In this document: positions 17,036-25,168 of the stretch, piece by piece | How the letters are laid out: each line of letters begins with the position of its first letter | Numbering within the stretch: the stretch's first letter is position 1 | Source: a virus | Lineage: Duplodnaviria; Caudoviricetes | DNA: 27,747 bases | Direction: 5' to 3' (one strand) | IMG/VR virus record: IMGVR_UViG_3300037751_000738 | Location: 1-27,747 of that record | Made by a program: the position numbers and the translations under genes | The notes under the pieces: model-generated | What the model saw: the letters and a program-made list of their open reading frames with translations, nothing else | What the model was told of the DNA's origin: nothing | Databases searched by the model: none

Positions 17036-17599
17036 GGGTGGGGCCTCCTCTACTTGGGGTTGTTGGCGATTCAGAGCCGCCAGTTTGAAGTTGGGTTTAT
17101 TGACCAGGCCGACGGACGCGATATTCAGAATGCGGTTGCTGCTTTTTTCGAAGATCAGCGCCGGGGAGAGATAACGGTATTCCCTGTTTTCTACGGAGGC
17201 GCGGCCCCGGGGCGTCCAGTCGAACCGGCCCCAGATCGCCCCTTCGCGCAACTGCAGTTCCTTGATCCACCCGGCCGCCGGCGCCGGTTCGCCCTGGGGC
17301 GCCTTGAGGTGCGTGGCATGCTCCCAGTCGAGCGGGATGTCGGCGGCGTCCTGGGCGAAGAAATTAAGGATCCCCTCGGGCCGGTCGTTGATCCAGGAGC
17401 GGCCGTCGCGGCCGGTGACTCTGTCTCCGGAAGGAATCAGGGGGAGCCACTCGGGGACGCTGCCGTCGCCCGGCATCTCAAAATTAAGGGCGACAAGCTC
17501 GCACCCCTCGGGGAGGGTGGAGGCGTTGAGCGCGAGAAGAATGTCCCGGTCAAATGTGCCGCCGCCGATCAGGGCGATGCGGGCTTTGCGTTTTGGCAT
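16541..17599 (-). CDS. Prohead protease / scaffold, Mu gpI family
   Basis: GRDGRSW, PLDWEHAT, APAAGWI, WTPRG, EYRYLSP, GLVNKPN. Confidence 0.92.
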   Translation of the reverse strand: MPKRKARIALIGGGTFDRDILLALNASTLPEGCELVALNFEMPGDGSVPEWLPLIPSGDRVTGRDGRSWINDRPEGILNFFAQDAADIPLDWEHATHLKAPQGEPAPAAGWIKELQLREGAIWGRFDWTPRGRASVENREYRYLSPALIFEKSSNRILNIASVGLVNKPNFKLAALNRQQPQVEEAPPMLKKLLAKLGLPETADEATALNAIVQLQGDLSTALNRADTPSLDRFVPRADYDAALNRAATSETALAEVKKADLELAINATVDAAVVAGKVTPGTKDYYVGMCRQDGGLDAFRKFVEAAPVVGKGSDLDGKSPAAGETALNAEEKKIAEMFGNSADDLKKYGAA

Positions 17600-17713
17600 G
17601 GCGGACCTCTCTCAAAACCATCATTAAACCATCGTTAAATTCGCTCACAATCAACGCGCCCGACTTTTGCCGGGGTTGGTGCGGCCGAAGCGCTCGCGGG
17701 CCGTTTACGGCGA

Positions 17714-18532
17714 TTATTTGCCGGGGTTCTGGCTGCGGTATGTCTCCAGATCGCGGCGGGCCGTTTCGGCAACCTGCGGGTCGGCGGTTTTGAGCTTGCC
17801 GTCGAGCAGGCTTTGCAGGTTCTGCTGCCGGGTCTGCCCCGGGTTGGTGTCCCAGCCGGGGTCGATTCCCTCGGGGACGAGGGTCGTCTTGCCGGTGCGC
17901 TCGTTGACCCAGGTCTTGCGGCGCACCAGGGGGTTGCCGCTCTGCTCCCACCCCTTCTTGGCCATCTCGGCCCTGGAGATCGAGCGCACCCCGCATTTGC
18001 ATCCCCAGCCGTTGGGCGGCAGATGCGTGGACCACCAGGGGTGATCGACGGGGAGAATGGTGCCGTCCCACTGCTGGTGCAGCTCGCGATGCTGCTCGCT
18101 GGGGCCGAGGCCGTATTTTAGATAGGGGAACACGGCCTTGTTGCGCTGCGCCCGGTCCCACTGCCCGGCGGCGCGGGCGGTGCGCAGGTTGGCGTTGTAG
18201 ATGGTGCGCAGGCGGCGCGGGCTGCCGAGCTGTACGTCGAGCACTTCCCCAGTGGTTTTGTCGACCCACTCCTGTTTGCCCCACCAGCCGAGGCGCTGCA
18301 GCGTGGGGGTGAGATCCTTGCGGAAGTCGCGCAGGGTGCGCCCGTCGAGAATGGCCCGGTCGAGCTCAAGCCGGATCGCTTCGAGGACATCGAGCTGCAT
18401 CGCCTTGGCGACGGTAAAGGCGCTGGCATGCTCCTGGCGCCAGACGTCGCGCCAGTCGAAGGAGACCTTGAGCCCCTTGTTGGCAAAGAAGGCGAGGACG
18501 TCGGCGGGGACCGGGCCGGGGAAGCGGATCAC
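17714..18532 (-). CDS. Minor head protein, Mu gpF (gp30) family
   Basis: SFDWRDVW, AFTVAK, LQRLGWWG, RRLRTIYNAN, PPNGWGCKC, GIDPGWDTNPG. Confidence 0.92.
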   Translation of the reverse strand: MIRFPGPVPADVLAFFANKGLKVSFDWRDVWRQEHASAFTVAKAMQLDVLEAIRLELDRAILDGRTLRDFRKDLTPTLQRLGWWGKQEWVDKTTGEVLDVQLGSPRRLRTIYNANLRTARAAGQWDRAQRNKAVFPYLKYGLGPSEQHRELHQQWDGTILPVDHPWWSTHLPPNGWGCKCGVRSISRAEMAKKGWEQSGNPLVRRKTWVNERTGKTTLVPEGIDPGWDTNPGQTRQQNLQSLLDGKLKTADPQVAETARRDLETYRSQNPGK

Positions 18533-20115
18533 GGCGCGGCCTCCTGACTGTCGCCGAGGGCGCGGGCCTTGAGCATGGCCCCGGCGAGGGCGTCGATCAA
18601 CAGGGACGGGTCCTGGGTGTCAAGGAGTTCGGCGAGGCGCTCGCGCAGCTCGGCGAGGGTCTGCCCCTTGGCCAGGGCGTCGTCGATCAGCGCGGCAAGG
18701 GGATCGACGACCGGCGCCATGAGCAGCTGCCAGTCGGCGAGTTCTTCGGCGACCTGGTCGTCGATGGCATCGCTGGCCTCTTCGCCCTGACGGTTATGGG
18801 CGACCCCGCAGGAGGGGCAGCCGGCGGCGTGGTTCAGGGCCGCCGGGGACGGAGGAGCCGGGAGCATCGGAGCGCCGAGCAGGTCTTCGGGCTTGACGTT
18901 GGGTCCGGGATCGGGGAGGCCGAGCTTGTCGCGGACGACGCTGGCCTCGACCCGCAGGCCGAGGGGGACGAGCTTTTCGAGGGCGCTGGAGAGGGCGGCG
19001 ACGTCCTCGGGGACATCGGCGCGCAGCTGCAGCGAGGGGTAATTTTCCTGCGGGCCGTAGTTGAGATCGATGTAGGCCCGTACCAGGTCGCGGCCGAGGG
19101 TCTCTTCCATCTGCTCGGCGTCGTCGTCGCGAATGTCCCGCCGCACTTCGGCCTGGGCCTCCTCGTTGCCGAGCTTGCCCGGGGTCCCCTGGGTGGTGGC
19201 GGTCTGGCCGAGGATCCCCCGGGAGACCTGGGCGTCGAGGTAGTCAGCCAGAAGCTGAAAGAAATCGGCGGAGGCGCCCTTGCCGGCTTCGACGAGTTCG
19301 ATCTCCATGCTCTTGGGAAAAATGGCGGCGGCATCGATGCCGAGGTTGGCGACGGCCATGCGCAGGACGGCCTTGTCGCCTTCGCTGGCGGTGGAGTCGT
19401 ACTTGCCGAGGCGCAGCGGCATGCCGAAGACCTCGGCGAAGGCCAGCCAGTCCTTGATCGCGTACCCCTTGCACATGTAGGCCCAGGCGGCCAGCCGGGC
19501 GAGCCCGCCGCGGATGGGGAGGCCGGTCTTGATGCGGGGGACGTGCACGATGAAGTTGAAGGGTTCGAGGGGGATCCCCTCGATCATGTCGGCCTCGTCG
19601 CGCAGGCGGATCTCGCTGCGGCTGACCTGGTCGAAGCAGAAAAAGCGGGGATCGCGCCAGGTGTAGCCCCGGGGGATCCAGCGCGCGCCGGTGCGGTCCC
19701 AGCGGATTTCACAGACGCTGTACCCTTTGCCGAGGGCGTCGAGCAGATCCTTGATCAGGGCGCGGAAGCCGGGCTTGCGCACGAGGTCGCGCACGGCATC
19801 GGCCAGCTCGACGTCGCGGGCGCTGTCGCTGTAGGCCTCGACGGAAATCGGCAGGCGCGAGACGGCGAGCTTGCGCTTGCTGAGCTCGCAGGAATAATGC
19901 AGGTCGCGCTCTTCCATCTCTTCGGAGAGTGTCAGCTGGGCGTTGTGGTCGCCGTCGGCGGCCTGCTGCAGGATGGAGGCGAGGCGCACGGGGGTGAGGC
20001 CGCCGGCGACGGTTTCGTTCCAGAGGGTGCGGACACCTGTGAGGGACGGCGCGGCATGCTCGCGGACGAGCTGCTGGGTGCGAACGGGGCGACCGTAGGC
20101 GTCGACGAGTGCCAT
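18529..20115 (-). CDS. Portal protein, Mu gp29 (DUF935)
   Basis: EEMEERDLH, LLDALGKGYSVCEI, FAEVFGMPLRLGKY, ILGQT. Confidence 0.93.
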   Translation of the reverse strand: MALVDAYGRPVRTQQLVREHAAPSLTGVRTLWNETVAGGLTPVRLASILQQAADGDHNAQLTLSEEMEERDLHYSCELSKRKLAVSRLPISVEAYSDSARDVELADAVRDLVRKPGFRALIKDLLDALGKGYSVCEIRWDRTGARWIPRGYTWRDPRFFCFDQVSRSEIRLRDEADMIEGIPLEPFNFIVHVPRIKTGLPIRGGLARLAAWAYMCKGYAIKDWLAFAEVFGMPLRLGKYDSTASEGDKAVLRMAVANLGIDAAAIFPKSMEIELVEAGKGASADFFQLLADYLDAQVSRGILGQTATTQGTPGKLGNEEAQAEVRRDIRDDDAEQMEETLGRDLVRAYIDLNYGPQENYPSLQLRADVPEDVAALSSALEKLVPLGLRVEASVVRDKLGLPDPGPNVKPEDLLGAPMLPAPPSPAALNHAAGCPSCGVAHNRQGEEASDAIDDQVAEELADWQLLMAPVVDPLAALIDDALAKGQTLAELRERLAELLDTQDPSLLIDALAGAMLKARALGDSQEAAP

Positions 20116-21557
20116 TACCAGAGTCCTTTCGAGGCGCCGAAACCGGCGGTGACTTTAACGGGGCGGTCGTTGCGGCCGTCGGCCGTGCGGCCGACGCCTT
20201 CGTAGGCGTATTCGGCGACCTCTCCGGAGGCGGCATGGATGGCCAGGGCCAACGCCCAGAAGCGGTCGGCGTGGCCGTTTTCGCTGCGCTCGGCGGTGAA
20301 GCGAATGTTACCGGCCGCCGTGGTTTCCTTGGTGACGGCCCGCAGATCGGCGCGGATCTCGGGCTTGTAGGGGATCCGCAGCTGCTTGTCTTCCATGCGG
20401 CCGCGCACCGGATACGCCAGCGTTTCCTTGACACGCGGGGTGAAGGTGACGCATTCGACGCGGTACTCGCCGAACTTGCGCACCGCGTCGTCGCCCCAGC
20501 CGATGCCGAGGCCGGTGTAGTCAAGGCAGGTGCGCCCCATGTTGGCCATGATCGGCCAGAGAATCTTTTCCTGGTCGGGCTTGGTCATGTTCTTGAGCTC
20601 GACGATCTGCCGGGTGTAGAGGGTGTCGCCGAGGCGCTCGAGCACCCAGAGGACGGTGAGGTCCTTCTTGCGGCCGATGTCGAGCCCGGCGAAAAAGCGG
20701 CCGGAGTTTTTCACCTGGCTGGCGTCGATCTCCCAGTTGTCGCCGGGGCCGTACTCGCAGCCGGCGATGAGATCGTATTCGAGGAACGCCGAGGCATCGT
20801 CGGCGGGCTCGCACATATACTCCTGCTGAAACGATTCCTGATCGGCGCAGCCGCTCTTGATAAAGTCGTAATATTCGGGCTCGGTCATCCCCTTGACTTC
20901 GTGCTCGCCGGGGAGGCTCTGCTGCAGCTTATAGAGAAAGCCCTGGTCGAGGGCGTCCTGCAGCGTGACGCGGTGCAGGCTGATTCCCTTGGGGTTCTTG
21001 TGCTCGCGCACCTCGCGGATCAGGGCGTTAAAAAAGTTGCCGCTGCCGCGATGGGTGGAGATGACTTCCATGTTGCCGCCCCAGGTGATGCCGGGGTAGG
21101 CGATGCTCCAGAGCTTGCGCGGGTCGGGGTGCAGCGCGAACTCGTCGAGGATACGCCCGCCGCGCTTGCCCGCCTGGGCGTCGGGATTGGAGCTCATGGA
21201 GTGGATGCGCCGCCCGTTGGCAAAGTGGAGCACGTAGGCGCTGATCTTGCGCTCGGCGTCGATGACGGTTTCGCCGAGATCCTCGGCGGCCAACTGCAAC
21301 AGCTTTGCGAACATCTTGCAATCTTCGATCACCAGGCGCGCCTGGAGATCGTCGCGGCTGGAGATCCACTGGTCGTGCTTGGCCCCGGCTTCGGCGGTGC
21401 GCTCGTCGGCGGCGTAGGCGGTGCTCCAGGAGAGGCCGATCTGCCGCGCTTTTTCCATCAGCTTCAGGCGCGACCGGTCCTTGATCCAGCGCTCCTGGTA
21501 GGGGAGGAAGAGGCCGTCCGGGTTGACCGGGCGTATGCGCGCGGCGCCGTTTTTCAT
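20115..21557 (-). CDS. Terminase large subunit, Mu gp28 family
   Basis: FLPYQ, Walker A KARQIGLSW, Walker B ILDEFA, GLDIGRKKD nuclease motif, HADRFWALALA. Confidence 0.95.
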   Translation of the reverse strand: MKNGAARIRPVNPDGLFLPYQERWIKDRSRLKLMEKARQIGLSWSTAYAADERTAEAGAKHDQWISSRDDLQARLVIEDCKMFAKLLQLAAEDLGETVIDAERKISAYVLHFANGRRIHSMSSNPDAQAGKRGGRILDEFALHPDPRKLWSIAYPGITWGGNMEVISTHRGSGNFFNALIREVREHKNPKGISLHRVTLQDALDQGFLYKLQQSLPGEHEVKGMTEPEYYDFIKSGCADQESFQQEYMCEPADDASAFLEYDLIAGCEYGPGDNWEIDASQVKNSGRFFAGLDIGRKKDLTVLWVLERLGDTLYTRQIVELKNMTKPDQEKILWPIMANMGRTCLDYTGLGIGWGDDAVRKFGEYRVECVTFTPRVKETLAYPVRGRMEDKQLRIPYKPEIRADLRAVTKETTAAGNIRFTAERSENGHADRFWALALAIHAASGEVAEYAYEGVGRTADGRNDRPVKVTAGFGASKGLW

Positions 21558-22153
21558 GCCGACATTCTCAGGACGTCGCGGCGGATCCGCGCGATGGTCT
21601 CGGGGCTGACGCCTTCTTCGCGGGCGGTCTCGCCGACGGCGGCGGCGGCGTCTTCAAGGGTGCGCTTGCGAATCTCGGTTTCGCGTTTAACGTTGATCGA
21701 CGCCCCCTGCTCCAGGCGCTGCACCGCCAAGGCCAGAGCCTTGACCTGGTCGATGGTGGCGGACATCTTCTCCGGGTCTTCCAGGTCGGCATCCTGGAGC
21801 TTCAACGAGAGGTCGAAAGCCATGGAGCGCAGCATCTCGTTGATCAGCAGTCCGACCTGTCCCTGGGGCGCGGCGCCGACTTTGGAGATAAAGATCTCGG
21901 CCACCTCACGGGACTGGCGCAGCTTGGCGCCGACCGACTCCATCTGCAGAGCGTAGCGGTTGACGGCGCTTTTGCTGAGACGCTCGGGAGCATCGTCGGG
22001 CGCGGTGCCGGTCTCGTGCATCGCGGCGAGGAGGGCGTTGATACGCTCCACCGCCTGCAGCTGAGTGACGCGGCGATCGTTGAGCAACTCCTGGAGCTGC
22101 TGCCGGATCGGATCGGGGAGCAGGTCGATGCTCGACTGCTGACGCTTGCCCAT
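21554..22153 (-). CDS. Terminase small subunit, Mu gp27 (DUF3486)
   Basis: MGKRQQSSIDLLP, LSKSAVNRY, GVSPETIARIR; overlaps the terL start. Confidence 0.88.
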   Translation of the reverse strand: MGKRQQSSIDLLPDPIRQQLQELLNDRRVTQLQAVERINALLAAMHETGTAPDDAPERLSKSAVNRYALQMESVGAKLRQSREVAEIFISKVGAAPQGQVGLLINEMLRSMAFDLSLKLQDADLEDPEKMSATIDQVKALALAVQRLEQGASINVKRETEIRKRTLEDAAAAVGETAREEGVSPETIARIRRDVLRMSA

Positions 22154-22257
22154 CAGATGTTCCCCCACATTTCGGCGATCCCTTCGGCGAGACGATCACA
22201 AAACCAGAGAGCCAGGTAGAGGACCGGGACGATCAGCAGTATGGCCAGCGGCAGCAT
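22153..22257 (-). CDS. Small 34-aa single-pass membrane protein (not in the ORF track)
   Basis: Manual translation MLPLAILLIVPVLYLALWFCDRLAEGIAEMWGNI*; GAGGT upstream; TGATG overlap with terS; fills the intergenic gap. Confidence 0.55.
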   Translation of the reverse strand: MLPLAILLIVPVLYLALWFCDRLAEGIAEMWGNI

Positions 22258-22261
22258 GAAA

Positions 22262-22561
22262 TTACCTCGGCCCGGGGCGTTTGACCCCGTCGACGCGCGC
22301 CGCCCCGCTGGCCACGTCGGCCCCGCGGGAGGTGAGCCGGACGATCAGCACGGAGGTGACCGCCTCGACCGTGACCAGTCCCTGCTCTTCGAGCCAGCGC
22401 ACCTCGGTCTTGACCTTGTCGCGGCTGACCGTATGCCCGAACCCTGACAGGGCTTCGCGCAGAATCGAATCGTTGGTCGAATAGCCGGGATCCTCGCTGA
22501 GGAGTCGCAGCACGACCAGGCGCAGATCGGAGGTTTTCAGGTCGGCGTAGTGGTGGCTCAT
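22262..22561 (-). CDS. Mu gp26-like winged-helix protein
   Basis: RLVVLRLL, N.SIL, VSRDKV...WLEEQGLV, LTSRGADVASG, GVKRP. Confidence 0.85.
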   Translation of the reverse strand: MSHHYADLKTSDLRLVVLRLLSEDPGYSTNDSILREALSGFGHTVSRDKVKTEVRWLEEQGLVTVEAVTSVLIVRLTSRGADVASGAARVDGVKRPGPR

Positions 22562-22974
22562 CGTTTGGCTCCCTGGTTGATCAAAAATTCGTTGATCAGA
22601 TCGGCGACTCTATTCAAGCCCTCCAGTCGCCCCTCGAGGCGACCGATCTGCTGGGTCAATCCGGTAATGTCGTGGCTCAGAGCCGCCATCTCCTGACGGC
22701 TCGGCATGTTGCGCACCTCGGTGCCGAGACGGTTGAGGGCCATCTCCAGCTCGCCGGTCTTTTTCTTGTGCTCGGCGCAGGAGTTGTCGCGCTTGTCTTC
22801 CCCCACCTGGTGGACGGACTTGGACATCCGCGTGGCCACCTGGTCTTCCAGCGCCTTGAACCGTTTGGCGTTGACCTTTGCCCGGTTGCTCCACCAGACG
22901 TAGACGCCGACCGCGACGGTCCCGACCAGTTGCAGCGCGTCAAACCAGAACCGCCAGGCGGTGTAATCGATCAT
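22558..22974 (-). CDS. Mu gp25-like protein (DUF2730-like; N-terminal TM plus coiled coil)
   Basis: Hydrophobic N-terminal segment, MPSRQE, LEGRLEG...LINEFL; position before gp26. Confidence 0.75.
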   Translation of the reverse strand: MIDYTAWRFWFDALQLVGTVAVGVYVWWSNRAKVNAKRFKALEDQVATRMSKSVHQVGEDKRDNSCAEHKKKTGELEMALNRLGTEVRNMPSRQEMAALSHDITGLTQQIGRLEGRLEGLNRVADLINEFLINQGAKR

Positions 22975-23195
22975 CCTTTGGAACCCCTCTTCATGGCTTG
23001 CTCATGCTCGGTTTGGCATTCGATACACCGGGTGCAGCCGGGGGAGGCGAGCCGGCGTTTCTCGGGGATCGCCCCTTCGCATTCCTGACAGTTGGCCAGA
23101 CTCTCGGCTGAGACCCTGCGGCGGAGGTGCGCCTCGAGGATGTCGCGTTGGAGCTGATCGTTGATCTCCTGGGCGCGGTCGAGATCGTCGGGCAT
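22971..23195 (-). CDS. TraR/DksA-type C4 zinc-finger protein
   Basis: MPDDLDRAQE...CQECEGAIPEKRRLASPGCTRCIECQ. Confidence 0.88.
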   Translation of the reverse strand: MPDDLDRAQEINDQLQRDILEAHLRRRVSAESLANCQECEGAIPEKRRLASPGCTRCIECQTEHEQAMKRGSKG

Positions 23196-23392
23196 CAGCT
23201 GGCGGTTTCCGGGTCGGCCGTGCTCAAAAACTTCAGGTCGGGCCAGCTGGCGCCCTTGCTCTTTTCGAGGGCGGCGACCAGGTCTTCGCGCGTGAGGTCG
23301 GCGGTGTTGATCTCGATCAGGCGGCCCCCGAGGTCGATGATCAGTCTCGATGCGACGGGCGCCAGGGCGATGACGATTTCGGCGGTGGTCAT
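23195..23392 (-). CDS. Hypothetical 65-aa protein in the lysis cluster
   Basis: MTTAEIVIALAPV...; ATGA and TGATG overlaps with both neighbours. Confidence 0.65.
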   Translation of the reverse strand: MTTAEIVIALAPVASRLIIDLGGRLIEINTADLTREDLVAALEKSKGASWPDLKFLSTADPETAS

Positions 23393-23997
23393 TGGATGGG
23401 CTCCGGGGTAAGGCCGAAGGCGCTGGCGACAGCGCGGAAGTCGGCGGCAAAAGTGGCGAAGCGATCGGCGGCGGCGCGAAAATTGGCCCAGGCGGGAGAG
23501 CCGGATCCTTCCTCGCCGGAGACGATGGCGACAACAAGGAGATCGGCGGCGGTGTCGTAGGCGGCGGCGGCCTTGTCGTAGAGGTCGGAAGCCAGATCGC
23601 ATCGCACCTGCGTCAGAGTGCCGGCGGTGCAGAGATCGTCGGCGGCGGAGGCGAGGCTGACGACGGTGGCCTGGGTGGAGAGCAGCGCCCGGGCGGAGAC
23701 GGTGGCGTGGCTCTCTTTTTTGAGGGCGCAGCCGGAGAAAATGAGTGGCGTCAGCATGAGGGCCAGCAGCGTGGCGACCAGGGCGACGGGGAGGGCGTTG
23801 ACGCGGACGTAGCCGCCCTGGCTCTTCCAGACGACGGGCTCTTTGGTGACCAGGCGCAGGAGGATGTTGACGACGCCGAGGATCGCCATCTGGGCGTCGA
23901 GGTCGATGACGAACCCGGTCTGGCCCTGCACCACCATGGCGATCACGGCGATGACGTTGAGCCAGAGGGTTTTACTGAGGAGCGGCGATTTACCCAT
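23389..23997 (-). CDS. Membrane protein: holin-like N-terminus fused to a lipoprotein-like (spanin?) domain
   Basis: GGAGG RBS before MGKSPLLSKTLWLN; two hydrophobic segments; third hydrophobic segment ends in lipobox-like FSGC (Cys90). Confidence 0.65.
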   Translation of the reverse strand: MGKSPLLSKTLWLNVIAVIAMVVQGQTGFVIDLDAQMAILGVVNILLRLVTKEPVVWKSQGGYVRVNALPVALVATLLALMLTPLIFSGCALKKESHATVSARALLSTQATVVSLASAADDLCTAGTLTQVRCDLASDLYDKAAAAYDTAADLLVVAIVSGEEGSGSPAWANFRAAADRFATFAADFRAVASAFGLTPEPIQ

Positions 23998-24057
23998 TCG
24001 TGCCTCCATGGTTGGCCCGGATCTGGTCGATACGGGCGTGGGATTTTTCCCAGCAGG

Positions 24058-24603
24058 TCATGCCGCGAGCCTTTCGAGCCACCCGGGAATATAGAGCGGG
24101 TTGAGGCAGGCATAATAGTTGTAGGCCTCGCCCTTGAGGGCCATGAGCAGCGCCCGCTTGTAGGGACAGTCCCGCAGGACGGCGAGGGTAATCGGCCCGA
24201 TTGCGCCGTCGACCCGCAGAACCTCGCCGTCGAGCAGCCGGGCGATAGCCTGCCGCCAGGGGGCGCGGCGATGCTGGGGGACCGTGCCGGTGCAGACGAT
24301 ATTGATAGCCCGCTGGAGCATCTTGCCGGCGGCGACGGGGCCGCAGTTGACCCCCAAATCGAAGAGGCGCGCGGCGATGTCCGGGGAAACCTGGGCGACC
24401 TGGTCAAATCCGGGGCGCTGCCAGTAGCGGGCGCGATAGATTTCTCTGGCGGCCACCAGGGTGAGATGGGCGATATCGACATCCGGGTTGGCGCGCTTGC
24501 TGATCCCGTACTTCGTTTCCCCGCCCGGGTCGGCGGGATCGTCGACGTAGCCGCCTTCGAACTGGAGGGTGTGGGTCAGGGCTTGTTCGAAGATACCGGC
24601 CAT
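24058..24603 (-). CDS. Endolysin, glycoside hydrolase family 108
   Basis: EGGYVDDPADPGGETKYGIS catalytic motif; FDLGVNCG, VDGAIGPITL, GWLER. Confidence 0.92.
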   Translation of the reverse strand: MAGIFEQALTHTLQFEGGYVDDPADPGGETKYGISKRANPDVDIAHLTLVAAREIYRARYWQRPGFDQVAQVSPDIAARLFDLGVNCGPVAAGKMLQRAINIVCTGTVPQHRRAPWRQAIARLLDGEVLRVDGAIGPITLAVLRDCPYKRALLMALKGEAYNYYACLNPLYIPGWLERLAA

Positions 24604-24624
24604 AAGACCTCGCAGAGTAAGGGT

Positions 24625-24647
24625 GCCCCGGGCACAATGCCCGGGGC
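24625..24647. other. Perfect hairpin in the endolysin 5' leader
   Basis: GCCCCGGGCA-CAA-TGCCCGGGGC. Confidence 0.55.
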
Positions 24648-24667
24648 GAGACAGGAGGGAAGCGATG

Positions 24668-24725
24668 GCAACGGGGTCAGAATAGCGAAGGGGGCGGGGG
24701 ATGGTCAGATGAAGCAGCTCACAAT
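24668..24725 (-). promoter_or_regulatory. Mor/C-type activator-dependent late promoter (copy 2, Plys-like)
   Basis: Dyad at 24710-24721 and -10 TATTCT at 24679-24684, same spacing as copy 1; lies between mor and the endolysin. Confidence 0.65.
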
Positions 24726-24762
24726 AAAAAAAGCCCTAACCGTGGGAACGGCAAGGGCTTTT
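24726..24762 (-). terminator. Intrinsic terminator after mor (copy 2)
   Basis: AAAAGCCCTTGCCGT-TCCC-ACGGTTAGGGCTTTTTTT. Confidence 0.78.
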
Positions 24763-24802
24763 GTGAAATCCTTTACTGAATAGCAGAGGAGCGGGGGGCT
24801 TG

Positions 24803-25168
24803 TCAAGGATCGTCTCCGGCGGCGAAGTCGAAGCCGGGCTGACGGCGCTGGAATTCGTCTTCGCGCACCTTGGCGACGATGCCGTAGATCTGGCGCTCAG
24901 TGAGGGCGTAGGCCTTGGCGAGCGCATAGGTATTGGCGCCGGTGTATTTGCCGTAGATCTCGCGGTCGCGCTTGTCGATCAGCATCCGGATCCCCTTGGG
25001 CATGTAGAGCTGTTCGCCGCCGTAGCGGCTGCGCACGGTCTCGGCGGCGATCAATCCGATCTCGCGGGCGCGGGGGAGGGAAATCTCTGCGTCGATCAGG
25101 GAGGTGGCGACGACCTCGGCGATGTCGCGCAGCATCTGGACGCCCCGGTGGTCGGTGTCGTTGGCCAT
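24803..25168 (-). CDS. mor: Mor/C-family transcription activator
   Basis: YGGEQLYMPKG, RDREIY, LAKAYALTERQIYGIV HTH; immediately upstream of the lysis genes. Confidence 0.88.
   Translation of the reverse strand: MANDTDHRGVQMLRDIAEVVATSLIDAEISLPRAREIGLIAAETVRSRYGGEQLYMPKGIRMLIDKRDREIYGKYTGANTYALAKAYALTERQIYGIVAKVREDEFQRRQPGFDFAAGDDP

Larger units (their letters stand above)
24668..24806 (-). repeat. Regulatory module copy 2 (direct repeat of 14454-14599)
   Basis: Same conserved blocks in the same order as copy 1. Confidence 0.9.

Noticed and set aside
17642-17651. ATTGTGAGCG resembling a lac operator half-site
   Set aside because: Short half match without the symmetric partner; coincidental
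7468-21956. Long + strand ORFs (e.g. 8819-10636, 11582-13087, 14867-16087, 18796-20205, 20109-21956)
   Set aside because: Antisense shadows of well-supported minus-strand phage genes in high-GC DNA; no recognisable motifs
2925-23602. Extended N-termini in the ORF track (starts at 3929, 6648, 13045, 14416, 14457, 23537, 23602)
   Set aside because: They overlap upstream genes or regulatory DNA; downstream ATGs with SD or coupling match the family N-termini
14454-24806. Duplicated module as a CRISPR array, IS ends or DGR template/variable repeats
   Set aside because: Only two intergenic copies 10 kb apart, no spacers, no cas, transposase or reverse transcriptase gene, and differences are not adenine-specific
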